A DNA stretch of 45,462 bases. Origin: Gammaproteobacteria bacterium. GTDB taxonomy: Bacteria > Pseudomonadota > Gammaproteobacteria > Natronospirales > JANNEA01. Location: positions 1 through 45,462 of the forward strand of contig JANNEA010000033.1 in the NCBI GenBank assembly GCA_031388175.1. Reading direction: 5' to 3'. This document shows positions 1 through 7,321 of this stretch, piece by piece. The notes below the pieces were generated by a model. The model did not search any database. It was given only the letters and a program-made list of their open reading frames with translations, and was not told where the DNA came from. A program made the position numbers and the translations under genes. Positions within the stretch are counted from its first letter, which is position 1. Every line of letters starts with the position of its first letter.

Positions 1-184
1 ATGGCGATCTCGTTTGCGGCGCTGAAAGCCACTCTCGACGCGCGAAGTCCAAGAAAATCCTAGGACAGCCGGCCCATCCGGGGGCAGGTCTGGGGGCAGC
101 GAAGTCGCCGAGATTCTTCGAGTATCCTTTGCATCAAGCACTTACGGTGGCGGTGCGTTAGACGCCGCCTCCACCATCCACCTG

Positions 185-213
185 CCCCGACCTTCGCGGT
201 CGGGGCTTCCTTT
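185..213 (+). terminator. GC-rich hairpin followed by a pyrimidine/T-rich tract; candidate intrinsic terminator or leader attenuator upstream of the TerC gene
   Basis: CCCCGACC (185-192) pairs with GGTCGGGG (198-205) around the loop TTCGC, followed by CTTCCTTTC. It lies between a short 3' ORF end (stop at 61-63) and the ATG at 261. Confidence 0.35.
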
Positions 214-260
214 CACTCGCTGAAGCGCCCGACGCCCCGCCATCAGGTAACTTCGAACCC

Positions 261-1280
261 ATGATGAGCGTCGGCACCCCGTTGATGTGGGCCCTGTTCC
301 TGGCCTTCGTGATCGCCGCGCTGGCGATCGACTTCCTCGCCATGGAAAAGCAGGGCGCGCACAAGGTCTCGATGCGCGAGGCCACGGTGTGGTCGCTGGT
401 CTGGATCGCGGTGTCGTTCGTGTTCGTCGGCTGGCTGTGGTGGCACCTTGGCGGCACGGGGACCGACCCCGCGGCGCGCGCCGCCGCCGACGAGAAGTCG
501 CTCGAGTTCATCACCGGCTACCTGATCGAGAAGGCGCTGGCGGTCGACAACATCTTCGTCTTCCTCATGGTCTTCACCTACTTCGGCGTGCCGGCCGAAT
601 ACCAGAAGCGGGTGCTGATGATCGGCATCCTCGGCGCGCTGGTGCTGCGCGCGCTGATGATCCTCGTCGGCGCCTGGCTGATCGCGCGCTTCCATTGGAT
701 CCTCTACCTGTTCGGCGCCTTCCTGGTCGTGACCGGACTGAAGATGTGGTGGGCGAGCGGCCAAGAACCCGACCTCGAGAACAACCCGGTGCTGCGCTGG
801 ATCCGCAAGCAGTGGCGGATTGCGCCGGATTTCGACGGCGAGAGGTTCTTCACCACCATCGATGGCCAGCGCGCGGCAACGCCCCTGCTGGTCGTGATTG
901 TGCTGATCGGCATCGTGGACATGGTGTTCGCCGTGGACTCGATCCCGGCGATCTTCGCCATCACCCTCGACCCGTTCATCGTGCTGACCTCCAACGTCTT
1001 CGCCATCCTCGGCTTGCGCGCGATGTACTTCCTTCTCGCCGGCATGCGGGAGCGCTTCCACCTGCTGCCCTACGGCCTGGCGGTGGTGCTGATGTTCATC
1101 GGCGCCAAGATGCTGCTGGTCGACGTCTACAAGATCCCGATCGGCTGGTCGCTGGCGTTCACCGGTCTGGTGCTGGTGACGACCATGCTGCTCTCACTCC
1201 GCAAACCGGCCGAGGCCAAGAGCGCGTTCCCCTTCTCCGCCAAGGCTCCGGACGACCGCGACGAGCGGCGCGAGGGCTGA
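261..1280 (+). CDS. TerC/Alx-family integral membrane protein
   Basis: 339-aa multi-pass membrane ORF. The segments 'YLIEKALAVDNIFVF' and 'AVDSIPAIFAIT..DPFIVLTSNVFAILGLRA' are characteristic of the TerC family. Confidence 0.9.
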   Translation: MMSVGTPLMWALFLAFVIAALAIDFLAMEKQGAHKVSMREATVWSLVWIAVSFVFVGWLWWHLGGTGTDPAARAAADEKSLEFITGYLIEKALAVDNIFVFLMVFTYFGVPAEYQKRVLMIGILGALVLRALMILVGAWLIARFHWILYLFGAFLVVTGLKMWWASGQEPDLENNPVLRWIRKQWRIAPDFDGERFFTTIDGQRAATPLLVVIVLIGIVDMVFAVDSIPAIFAITLDPFIVLTSNVFAILGLRAMYFLLAGMRERFHLLPYGLAVVLMFIGAKMLLVDVYKIPIGWSLAFTGLVLVTTMLLSLRKPAEAKSAFPFSAKAPDDRDERREG

Positions 1281-1355
1281 CCCGCCCCTCGCCTACCACA
1301 GGCGCATGCGGTCTAATGGCGCGCGCCGCGCACCGCGGCGGATGGGGGGTTACGG

Positions 1356-2732
1356 ATGAGCGCACCGCAGTCGCAGGGCGAAGGCAGCCTGCTCAAGATC
1401 CTCGGCTACGGTTTCGGCCTAGCGGTCGTGTTCGGCAGCACCGTCGGCAGCGGCATCCTGCGCGCGCCCGGCACCCTCACCGATTCGCTCGGCAGCGTTT
1501 GGGTCTCGCTCGCGGTCTGGGCGATCGTCGGCGTCTACGCGCTGCTCGGCACCATGCTGATGTGCGAACTTGGCGTGATGATGCCAAAGGCCGGAGCATG
1601 GTCGGTCTACGCGCGCCGCGCGTTCGGAGATTCGACCGGCTTCGCCATCGGCTGGACCAACTGGATGCTGCTCGCGGGCACCGGCTCGTCACTCGCCGCG
1701 TTCATCGCGACGCTGGTCGGTGAACTCGATCCGGCGCTGCAGGACGCGACCGCGCGCACCGGCATCGCGGTCGCGACCCTGGTGATGTTCACCGTGCTGC
1801 ATTGGACCGGCACCAAGTCGGGCTCGATGGTCCAGATTGTCACCAGCGTGATCAAGGCCGTCGCCTTCATCGCGCTGGTCGCGGCCTGCTTCATCGTCGG
1901 CGGCGACGGCGGCAATTCCTTCGATGCACCGGTCGCAGCCAACGCCCCGGTCGGCCTGGTGGCGCAGATCGCGGGCCTCGTGATCGCGTTGCAGATCGTG
2001 ATCTTCGCCTACGACGGCTGGTACGGCGCAATCTACTTCGCCGAGGAGGATACCGACCCGGCCCGCAACATGCCGCGTTCGATGATCAACGGCACGCTCT
2101 CGATCATCGCCATCTACCTGCTGATCGTGCTCGCGATCTACTGGGTGCTGCCGCTCGACCGGATCGCCGGCAACGCAGTAGCGGCGGCGACCGCGGCCGA
2201 TGTGGTGTTCGGCCGGGGCGGCGGCACCGTGATCCTGCTGATCTCGCTGATCGCGGTGCCGAGCGTGCTGAACGCGACACTGCTGCAGATGATGCGGGTG
2301 CTGTACTCGCTCGCGCGCGACGGGATGTTCGTGCCGCAGGCCGGCAAGGTCAACGCGGTCGGCACGCCCTGGGTCGCGATGCTGTTCGGCAATGGCGCGG
2401 CGCTCGGCATGCTGCTGATGCAGCAGGCCGCGTTCGACAGGCTCTCGGCAATCACGGCCTACTTCATGGTCACGATCTACCTGTCGGGCTTCTTCGCTTT
2501 CTGGCGGCTGCGCCTGAAGGAGCCGGCGGCCGAGCGCAAGTACCGCGCGCCCTGGCACCCCTGGTCGACGCTGTTCGTAATCGTGCTGAGCCTCGCGTTC
2601 CTCGGCGGTGCGCTCTACATCGATTGGGCGGCTGAGACCCGGCGCTGGGACGTGGTGTTGTCGCTGGTGTTGCTGGGCGCCGCCTACCCGGTCTACTACG
2701 TGCTGCGGCTGCTCGGCCGGATCAAAGGTTGA
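1356..2732 (+). CDS. APC-superfamily amino acid permease
   Basis: 458 aa with about 12 hydrophobic spans. The N-terminal 'GLAVVFGSTVGSGILRAPG' and the overall layout are typical of amino acid/polyamine/organocation permeases. Confidence 0.85.
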   Translation: MSAPQSQGEGSLLKILGYGFGLAVVFGSTVGSGILRAPGTLTDSLGSVWVSLAVWAIVGVYALLGTMLMCELGVMMPKAGAWSVYARRAFGDSTGFAIGWTNWMLLAGTGSSLAAFIATLVGELDPALQDATARTGIAVATLVMFTVLHWTGTKSGSMVQIVTSVIKAVAFIALVAACFIVGGDGGNSFDAPVAANAPVGLVAQIAGLVIALQIVIFAYDGWYGAIYFAEEDTDPARNMPRSMINGTLSIIAIYLLIVLAIYWVLPLDRIAGNAVAAATAADVVFGRGGGTVILLISLIAVPSVLNATLLQMMRVLYSLARDGMFVPQAGKVNAVGTPWVAMLFGNGAALGMLLMQQAAFDRLSAITAYFMVTIYLSGFFAFWRLRLKEPAAERKYRAPWHPWSTLFVIVLSLAFLGGALYIDWAAETRRWDVVLSLVLLGAAYPVYYVLRLLGRIKG

Positions 2733-2736
2733 TGCG

Positions 2737-4545
2737 TCAGAGCATCGCGCAGTAGTCCAGCGGCAGCGTGTGAAGTTTGGCGTCGAACGGACCGGGCAGC
2801 ACGAACAACCGCGCGCCGCGCGAGAACGAGAAGACCCGGTACACGCAAGCTTTCGTGCCATGCTCGAGCCCGATCGCGGATTCGCTGCGCCGTAGCGTGA
2901 ACGGCAGACGGGCCCCGAAGTTTGTGGTCTTGACGATGATGAAGCGCGGCTGCCCCTCCTCGTCGAACGAACGCACATGGAAGCCGAGCGCATCGCCGCG
3001 ATCGGCCGCCACCCACTCGATATTGCCGACCAGGTCCTTGTAGCCGGTCTCGCGCAGGCGCGAGCGCTCATAGGCCAGCACGAACCGCTGCCCTGCGGTC
3101 ACCAGTGCGTCGTCGCGGGCCTCCCGCGCACGGAAGTCGAGGTCGAGCGCCTCGCGTGGATGGAACGCGGGTGCGTCTGCTGGATCATGATCGCCGGCGA
3201 GCGGCGTCGGCATGAGGACCATCCGTGAATCGTCGAGCTCGACCGGCACGTTCACCTTCGACGCGTCGGCCCCGATCCACAGTTGATCGATGAGACCCGG
3301 GTTGTTCTCGAGATTCGAGTAGATCGCGTCGGCCAGAGCGCCGGTGTAACCGCCGAGCGGTCGGAAGCCGTCGACTACGGGCAATCCGAGCGCCAGCAAC
3401 ACCGCGCTGACCTGCTGGAACGCCACATCCACGAGATCGGGATCCTTGAGCCCGAGCTCCTTGGCCATCCGGTTGCGGTGGTCGGCCTTGCTGTACATGC
3501 CGGACGTGAGCTCGATGGTCAGCATGTCGAAGTAGTCGGCAACGATCGCTGGATACATCGGCGGTGTCGGCGCCAAGATCTCGCCAGTGTGATGGTGAGG
3601 CGCGGCCGGCGGCGCTGCGCTCGCGGGTGCCTTCGCCGCCGCCTTGGCGGCAGGCTTGGTGGTCGCGGCGGCTTCGGCGGCTCGCTTCTCCGCGGCGACC
3701 TTGTCGGCACGCGTCTTGTCAGCTGCGGCGCGCTGCGCCGATGCTTTCTCCGCCGCTGCGCGCGCTTCAGAAGCCGCTTTGTCCGCCACCGCCCGCTTCT
3801 CTGCTGCGGCGCTTTCAGCGGCCGCCCGCTCTGCTGCCGCCTTCCTGTCGGCTGCGGCTTGCTCTGCCGCCGCCTTGTCCGCGACGGCGCGGTCAGCCGC
3901 GACTCTTGCAACCGCAGCCTTTTCAGCGGCCGCCTTCGCGGCATGCTCAGCGTCAATTCGCTCGCGCTCGGCCTGCTCGGCCTCTGCTTGTGCCGCGGCC
4001 GCACGATCCTGCTCCGCGCGCACGCCCTGCTGCACCTGCTTCTCTTGGTCTGCCGCGACCTGGGCGCCCTGCGCGGCGGCGCTTCCGGCACCACCGGTGC
4101 CGCGCCCCGTCCAAGCAATCTCCAGCGCGCTCGAGACTGCGTCGGGAATCGCCGCACCCGATGCCTGGTTGTCCCAAGGGAAGGCGGCGAGCCCACCCTG
4201 ACCGAGCGCAGCACGCGGGATGCCCGCGTCCTGCCGTGGCTCGACGATGCTGTCGAACTTCACGTCGACGCATAGCGTGCCCTTGCCGCGTGCACCGTCC
4301 TGGAACTCGTTGGTCGGCGAGTCGTAGCTGCCGCGCGTAACGACGCCCGCAGCGATGATCCCTCGCGGCTCACGCCCGACGCGGAGGATGAACACCCGAT
4401 CACCGGGGAAGATGCGGCGCGAATTGCCGCAGGTCCAGGCGCGCGTGACCGGCTGCCCATGCAGCAAGGCCTCCGATTGTTCGCGGATGTTGCGCCAGTC
4501 CCAGCGCGTGGCATCCCACTTGAGCAGATAAGTCGGCATGGGCAC
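2737..4545 (-). CDS. Three-module protein: N-terminal PUA/EVE-like domain, Ala-rich charged repeat spacer, C-terminal DUF3883 (NOV_C) restriction-endonuclease-fold-like domain
   Basis: 602-aa ORF. N-terminus: 'TYLLKWDATRWDW..RAWTCGNSRRIFPGDRVFILRVGREPRGIIAAGVV..CVDVKFDSIV'. Residues ~175-300 are AAA[DE][KR]-type repeats. C-terminus: 'AYERSRLRETGYKD..IEWVAADRGDALGFHVRSFDEEGQPRFIIVKTT..CVYRVFSF', which follows the DUF3883 pattern. Confidence 0.75.
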   Translation of the reverse strand: MPMPTYLLKWDATRWDWRNIREQSEALLHGQPVTRAWTCGNSRRIFPGDRVFILRVGREPRGIIAAGVVTRGSYDSPTNEFQDGARGKGTLCVDVKFDSIVEPRQDAGIPRAALGQGGLAAFPWDNQASGAAIPDAVSSALEIAWTGRGTGGAGSAAAQGAQVAADQEKQVQQGVRAEQDRAAAAQAEAEQAERERIDAEHAAKAAAEKAAVARVAADRAVADKAAAEQAAADRKAAAERAAAESAAAEKRAVADKAASEARAAAEKASAQRAAADKTRADKVAAEKRAAEAAATTKPAAKAAAKAPASAAPPAAPHHHTGEILAPTPPMYPAIVADYFDMLTIELTSGMYSKADHRNRMAKELGLKDPDLVDVAFQQVSAVLLALGLPVVDGFRPLGGYTGALADAIYSNLENNPGLIDQLWIGADASKVNVPVELDDSRMVLMPTPLAGDHDPADAPAFHPREALDLDFRAREARDDALVTAGQRFVLAYERSRLRETGYKDLVGNIEWVAADRGDALGFHVRSFDEEGQPRFIIVKTTNFGARLPFTLRRSESAIGLEHGTKACVYRVFSFSRGARLFVLPGPFDAKLHTLPLDYCAML

Positions 4546-4595
4546 CCTGCGGCGATACCCGGCCGCTCAGTCCAAACGCCATGATACCGGAGCCT

Positions 4596-4883
4596 TCAGC
4601 TCGGCCAGAACGCGGCGACCAACAATGTGAAGGCGGTCACAGCCGCGCCCTGGGCCCGCCAGCGCCAAGGCCGCTCGCGCAGGTGGCCCACCGTCGCGAA
4701 CGCGAAAGCGACGGCGGCCAGCGCGAACAACACAGTCACCTTCAGCAATGGACGCCATTCGCTATCCAGGCGAGGGTGATCGGCGCTCAGCAGGCCGACG
4801 ATCAGCAGGGTCACGGCCGAGCTAATCGCAATCGCCGCGACCGACCCGAGCAGGACCCCATTCAATGCCGCGAGTGGGCGCAT
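4596..4883 (-). CDS. Small hypothetical membrane protein (95 aa, about 3 TM helices)
   Basis: Internal ATG of the 4596..5102 ORF. 'MRPLAALNGVLLGSVAAIAISSAVTLLIVGLL...LLKVTVLFALAAVAFAFATV...AAVTAFTLLVAAFW' gives three clear hydrophobic helices. It occupies an otherwise empty gap between two genes. No family recognised. Confidence 0.45.
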   Translation of the reverse strand: MRPLAALNGVLLGSVAAIAISSAVTLLIVGLLSADHPRLDSEWRPLLKVTVLFALAAVAFAFATVGHLRERPWRWRAQGAAVTAFTLLVAAFWPS

Positions 4884-4985
4884 CAGGCCGAGTATCCGCG
4901 CTGCTGCGCCCAAGCGGAACTCGCGCCCGGCGCGGTGTTCCAATATCCTGCCCCTGCACCCCTCGGCCCCCACGGACCCCGAAAA

Positions 4986-7124
4986 ATGAAGCGCAAGCTC
5001 CCGCTCCTCGCCGGAACCCTCGTTACTTTGCTGGTCGCCGCCTCGAGCGGCGTCCTGACGGCTGGCACGACCCCGGTGGCTGCGCTGCAGCCCGAACCCC
5101 AATTCGGCTATGCGGAGCGCCTAATCACGCGATTGCTTGCGACCTCGCACTACGCCAGGCGACCGCTCGACGACGCCCTCTCCAACGAGCTCTTCGACCG
5201 CTACCTCGAGGCGCTCGATGGCACCCGCAGCTACTTCAGCGCCGCCGACGTCGCACAGCTCCGCGGCCAGTTCGGCGTGACCCTCGACGACGCGTTGGCC
5301 AGGAACGATGTGCGTCCTGCCTATGCGATCTACAGCGTGTACGCCCAACGGCTGGAGGAGCGCGTCGCGCGGGCGATGCGCCTGCTCGAGCAACTCCCTG
5401 ATTTCACCGTCGCCGAAAGCTACCGCTTCGACCGCAAGGACGCGCCGTGGGCAGCCGACCCCGCCGCCCTCGATGAGTTATGGCGATTGCGCGTGAAGAA
5501 CGATCTCATCGGACTGATGCTCACCGGCAAGAGCTGGGAGGATTCTCGCGATGCCCTGCGCAAGCGTTACGAGAACTTCCTGCACCGTGCCCACCAGGTG
5601 AAGAGCGGCGACGTATTCGAGACCTTCATGAACTCGCTGGCATTGATCTACGACCCGCACTCGAGCTACCTGGGACCACGTGATTCCGAGGAGTTCGCGA
5701 TCAGCATGCGGTTGAAATACGAGGGCATCGGCGCGGCGCTCCAAGTGCAGGATGAGTACGTGCTGGTCGCGCGCATCCTGCCGGGCGGTTCTGCCGCCCG
5801 AACCGGCGAGCTCAAGGAGAACGATCGCATCACCGCGGTCGGGCAATCACCGGACTTCGCGATGACCGACGTCGTCGGCTGGCGGCTCGATGATGTGGTG
5901 CGCTTGATCCGCGGCGCGAAGGACACCCAGGTGCGCTTGCAGGTGTTGCCGGCTGGCGCAGCCCCAGGCGAGCCCGAGAAGCTGATCACGCTGGCACGCG
6001 GCGAGATCAAGCTCGAGGACCGTGCCGCGAAGAAGGAGATCACCGAGGTCAAACGCGGAGAACGCACCTACCGCATCGGCGTGATCCGACTGCCAACCTT
6101 CTACCAGGACTTCGAGGGGCGTCGTTCCGGTGCCCAGGACTACACCAGCACGACGCGCGACGTTAAGCGTCTGCTCGACGAATTGATCGCAGACAAAGTC
6201 GATGGCGTGATGCTGGACCTGCGTGACAACGGCGGTGGCTCGTTGCAGGAGGCAGCAGAACTGACCGGCCTGTTCGTCGATGTGGGTCCGGTGGTGCAAC
6301 TGCGGAGCCAGAGCGGCAAAGTCGAGGTCATGAGCGACCCGACTCCTGGGGTGAGCTACAACGGCCCGCTCGCGGTCCTGGTCAATCGGTTCAGCGCGTC
6401 TGCATCTGAGATCTTCGCCGGTGCGATCCAGGACTACGGCCGAGGCCTCGTCATCGGCTCGAACACGTACGGCAAGGGCACTGTGCAGAGCTTGGTGGAC
6501 CTCAACCAGTGGGTGCGGCCGGGTGCCGAACTCTGCGGCGAACCGCCCTGCGGCGCGCCGGACATCGGGCAACTGAAGCTGACCATCGGCAAGTTCTATC
6601 GAGTGACCGGGTCCAGCACCCAGCATCGCGGCGTCGCCCCAGACGTGGCCCTGCCTGCAGTGATCGACCCGGCCGAGTATGGCGAGAGCTCGCAACCGAG
6701 CGCCCTGCCCTGGGACAGCATCGACGCAACCGAACACCGCGCGCTCCAGGTCGCGCGCGGACTAGCTCCTGCGCTCAGCCGCGAGCATGACCGCCGCGCT
6801 GAGAACGACGATGAGTTCAGGTTGTTCATGACTGAGCTCGCTGAGGCCAAGGTGGCCAACGCCAAGGACTCCGTTTCGCTGGTCCTCACCGAACGAGCGG
6901 CCGAGCGTGACCGCCAGGAAGCCCAACGGTTGACACGCGAGAATCAACGCCGTGCATCGCGTGGGCTGGCGCCACTGGCCAAACTTGCTGATGAGACGAA
7001 GGCAGAGCGCGATACGGAACCCGATGTCCTGCTCGAAGAATCGAGCCAGATCCTGGTGGATACCCTGCAACTGACGGGCGGCAACCTTGCCCAGCTCAGT
7101 CCCAAGCGGCGGATCACGCCCTAG
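4986..7124 (+). CDS. prc: Carboxy-terminal processing (tail-specific) protease, peptidase S41
   Basis: Starts at the in-frame ATG 'MKRKLPLLAGTLVTLLVAASSG' (signal peptide). PDZ-like region present. 'LDLRDNGGGSL', 'RFSASASEIFAGA' and 'SNTYGKGTVQ' are Prc/Tsp motifs. The 135 codons upstream of this ATG do not look protein-like. Confidence 0.9.
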   Translation: MKRKLPLLAGTLVTLLVAASSGVLTAGTTPVAALQPEPQFGYAERLITRLLATSHYARRPLDDALSNELFDRYLEALDGTRSYFSAADVAQLRGQFGVTLDDALARNDVRPAYAIYSVYAQRLEERVARAMRLLEQLPDFTVAESYRFDRKDAPWAADPAALDELWRLRVKNDLIGLMLTGKSWEDSRDALRKRYENFLHRAHQVKSGDVFETFMNSLALIYDPHSSYLGPRDSEEFAISMRLKYEGIGAALQVQDEYVLVARILPGGSAARTGELKENDRITAVGQSPDFAMTDVVGWRLDDVVRLIRGAKDTQVRLQVLPAGAAPGEPEKLITLARGEIKLEDRAAKKEITEVKRGERTYRIGVIRLPTFYQDFEGRRSGAQDYTSTTRDVKRLLDELIADKVDGVMLDLRDNGGGSLQEAAELTGLFVDVGPVVQLRSQSGKVEVMSDPTPGVSYNGPLAVLVNRFSASASEIFAGAIQDYGRGLVIGSNTYGKGTVQSLVDLNQWVRPGAELCGEPPCGAPDIGQLKLTIGKFYRVTGSSTQHRGVAPDVALPAVIDPAEYGESSQPSALPWDSIDATEHRALQVARGLAPALSREHDRRAENDDEFRLFMTELAEAKVANAKDSVSLVLTERAAERDRQEAQRLTRENQRRASRGLAPLAKLADETKAERDTEPDVLLEESSQILVDTLQLTGGNLAQLSPKRRITP

Positions 7125-7178
7125 CCCCGCGACCCCGCGACGCATCTAATTCCTAGCAAAGCGGCTCGGCTGAGGGGA

Positions 7179-7206
7179 TTGCGTTCTAGTAGTTTAGTGT
7201 TATACT
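7179..7206 (+). promoter_or_regulatory. Candidate sigma-70 promoter of the efflux operon
   Basis: TTGCGT (7179-7184), 16-nt spacer, TATACT (7201-7206). It sits inside the only AT-rich patch of the prc/MFP intergenic region, about 115 nt upstream of the ATG at 7322. Confidence 0.5.
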
Positions 7207-7221
7207 CAACTACAACACTAA
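7187..7221. promoter_or_regulatory. Four-half-site operator-like palindrome overlapping the -10 element
   Basis: TTAGTGTT (7194-7201) and AACACTAA (7214-7221) are perfect reverse complements 12 nt apart. GTAGTT (7189-7194) and AACTAC (7208-7213) are also perfect reverse complements. The half-site TAGT(A)GTT therefore occurs twice direct and twice inverted. Confidence 0.55.
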
Positions 7222-7321
7222 CCCTATAGAGCAGTTTCAGCCGAAACATAGGCCGAAACCGTCGGTCCGAATCAGGAACCCAACCCGCGGGGGTACAGTC
7301 CCCGCCTCGAGGAACGCCAAG

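Noticed and set aside
1-63. A possible 3' end of an upstream plus-strand gene ('MAISFAALKATLDARSPRKS*').
   Set aside because: Only 20 codons are visible. There is no motif and no way to confirm the frame, so it is not reported as a feature.
64-260. A yybP-ykoY manganese riboswitch call upstream of the TerC gene.
   Set aside because: The expected conserved core sequence was not found by eye. It is kept only as a low-interest finding that needs a covariance-model scan.
3283-4340. Five overlapping ORFs of 100-330 aa in alternative frames across the Ala-rich repeat.
   Set aside because: They are a by-product of the GCN-rich low-complexity tract. Only the minus-strand 602-aa frame connects recognisable N- and C-terminal domains.
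4581-4985. The ATG at 4581 as the prc start, which would add 135 N-terminal residues.
   Set aside because: The extension is R/Q/H/P-rich and not protein-like, and it overlaps the small minus-strand membrane ORF. The internal ATG at 4986 yields a classical signal peptide and a Prc of normal length.
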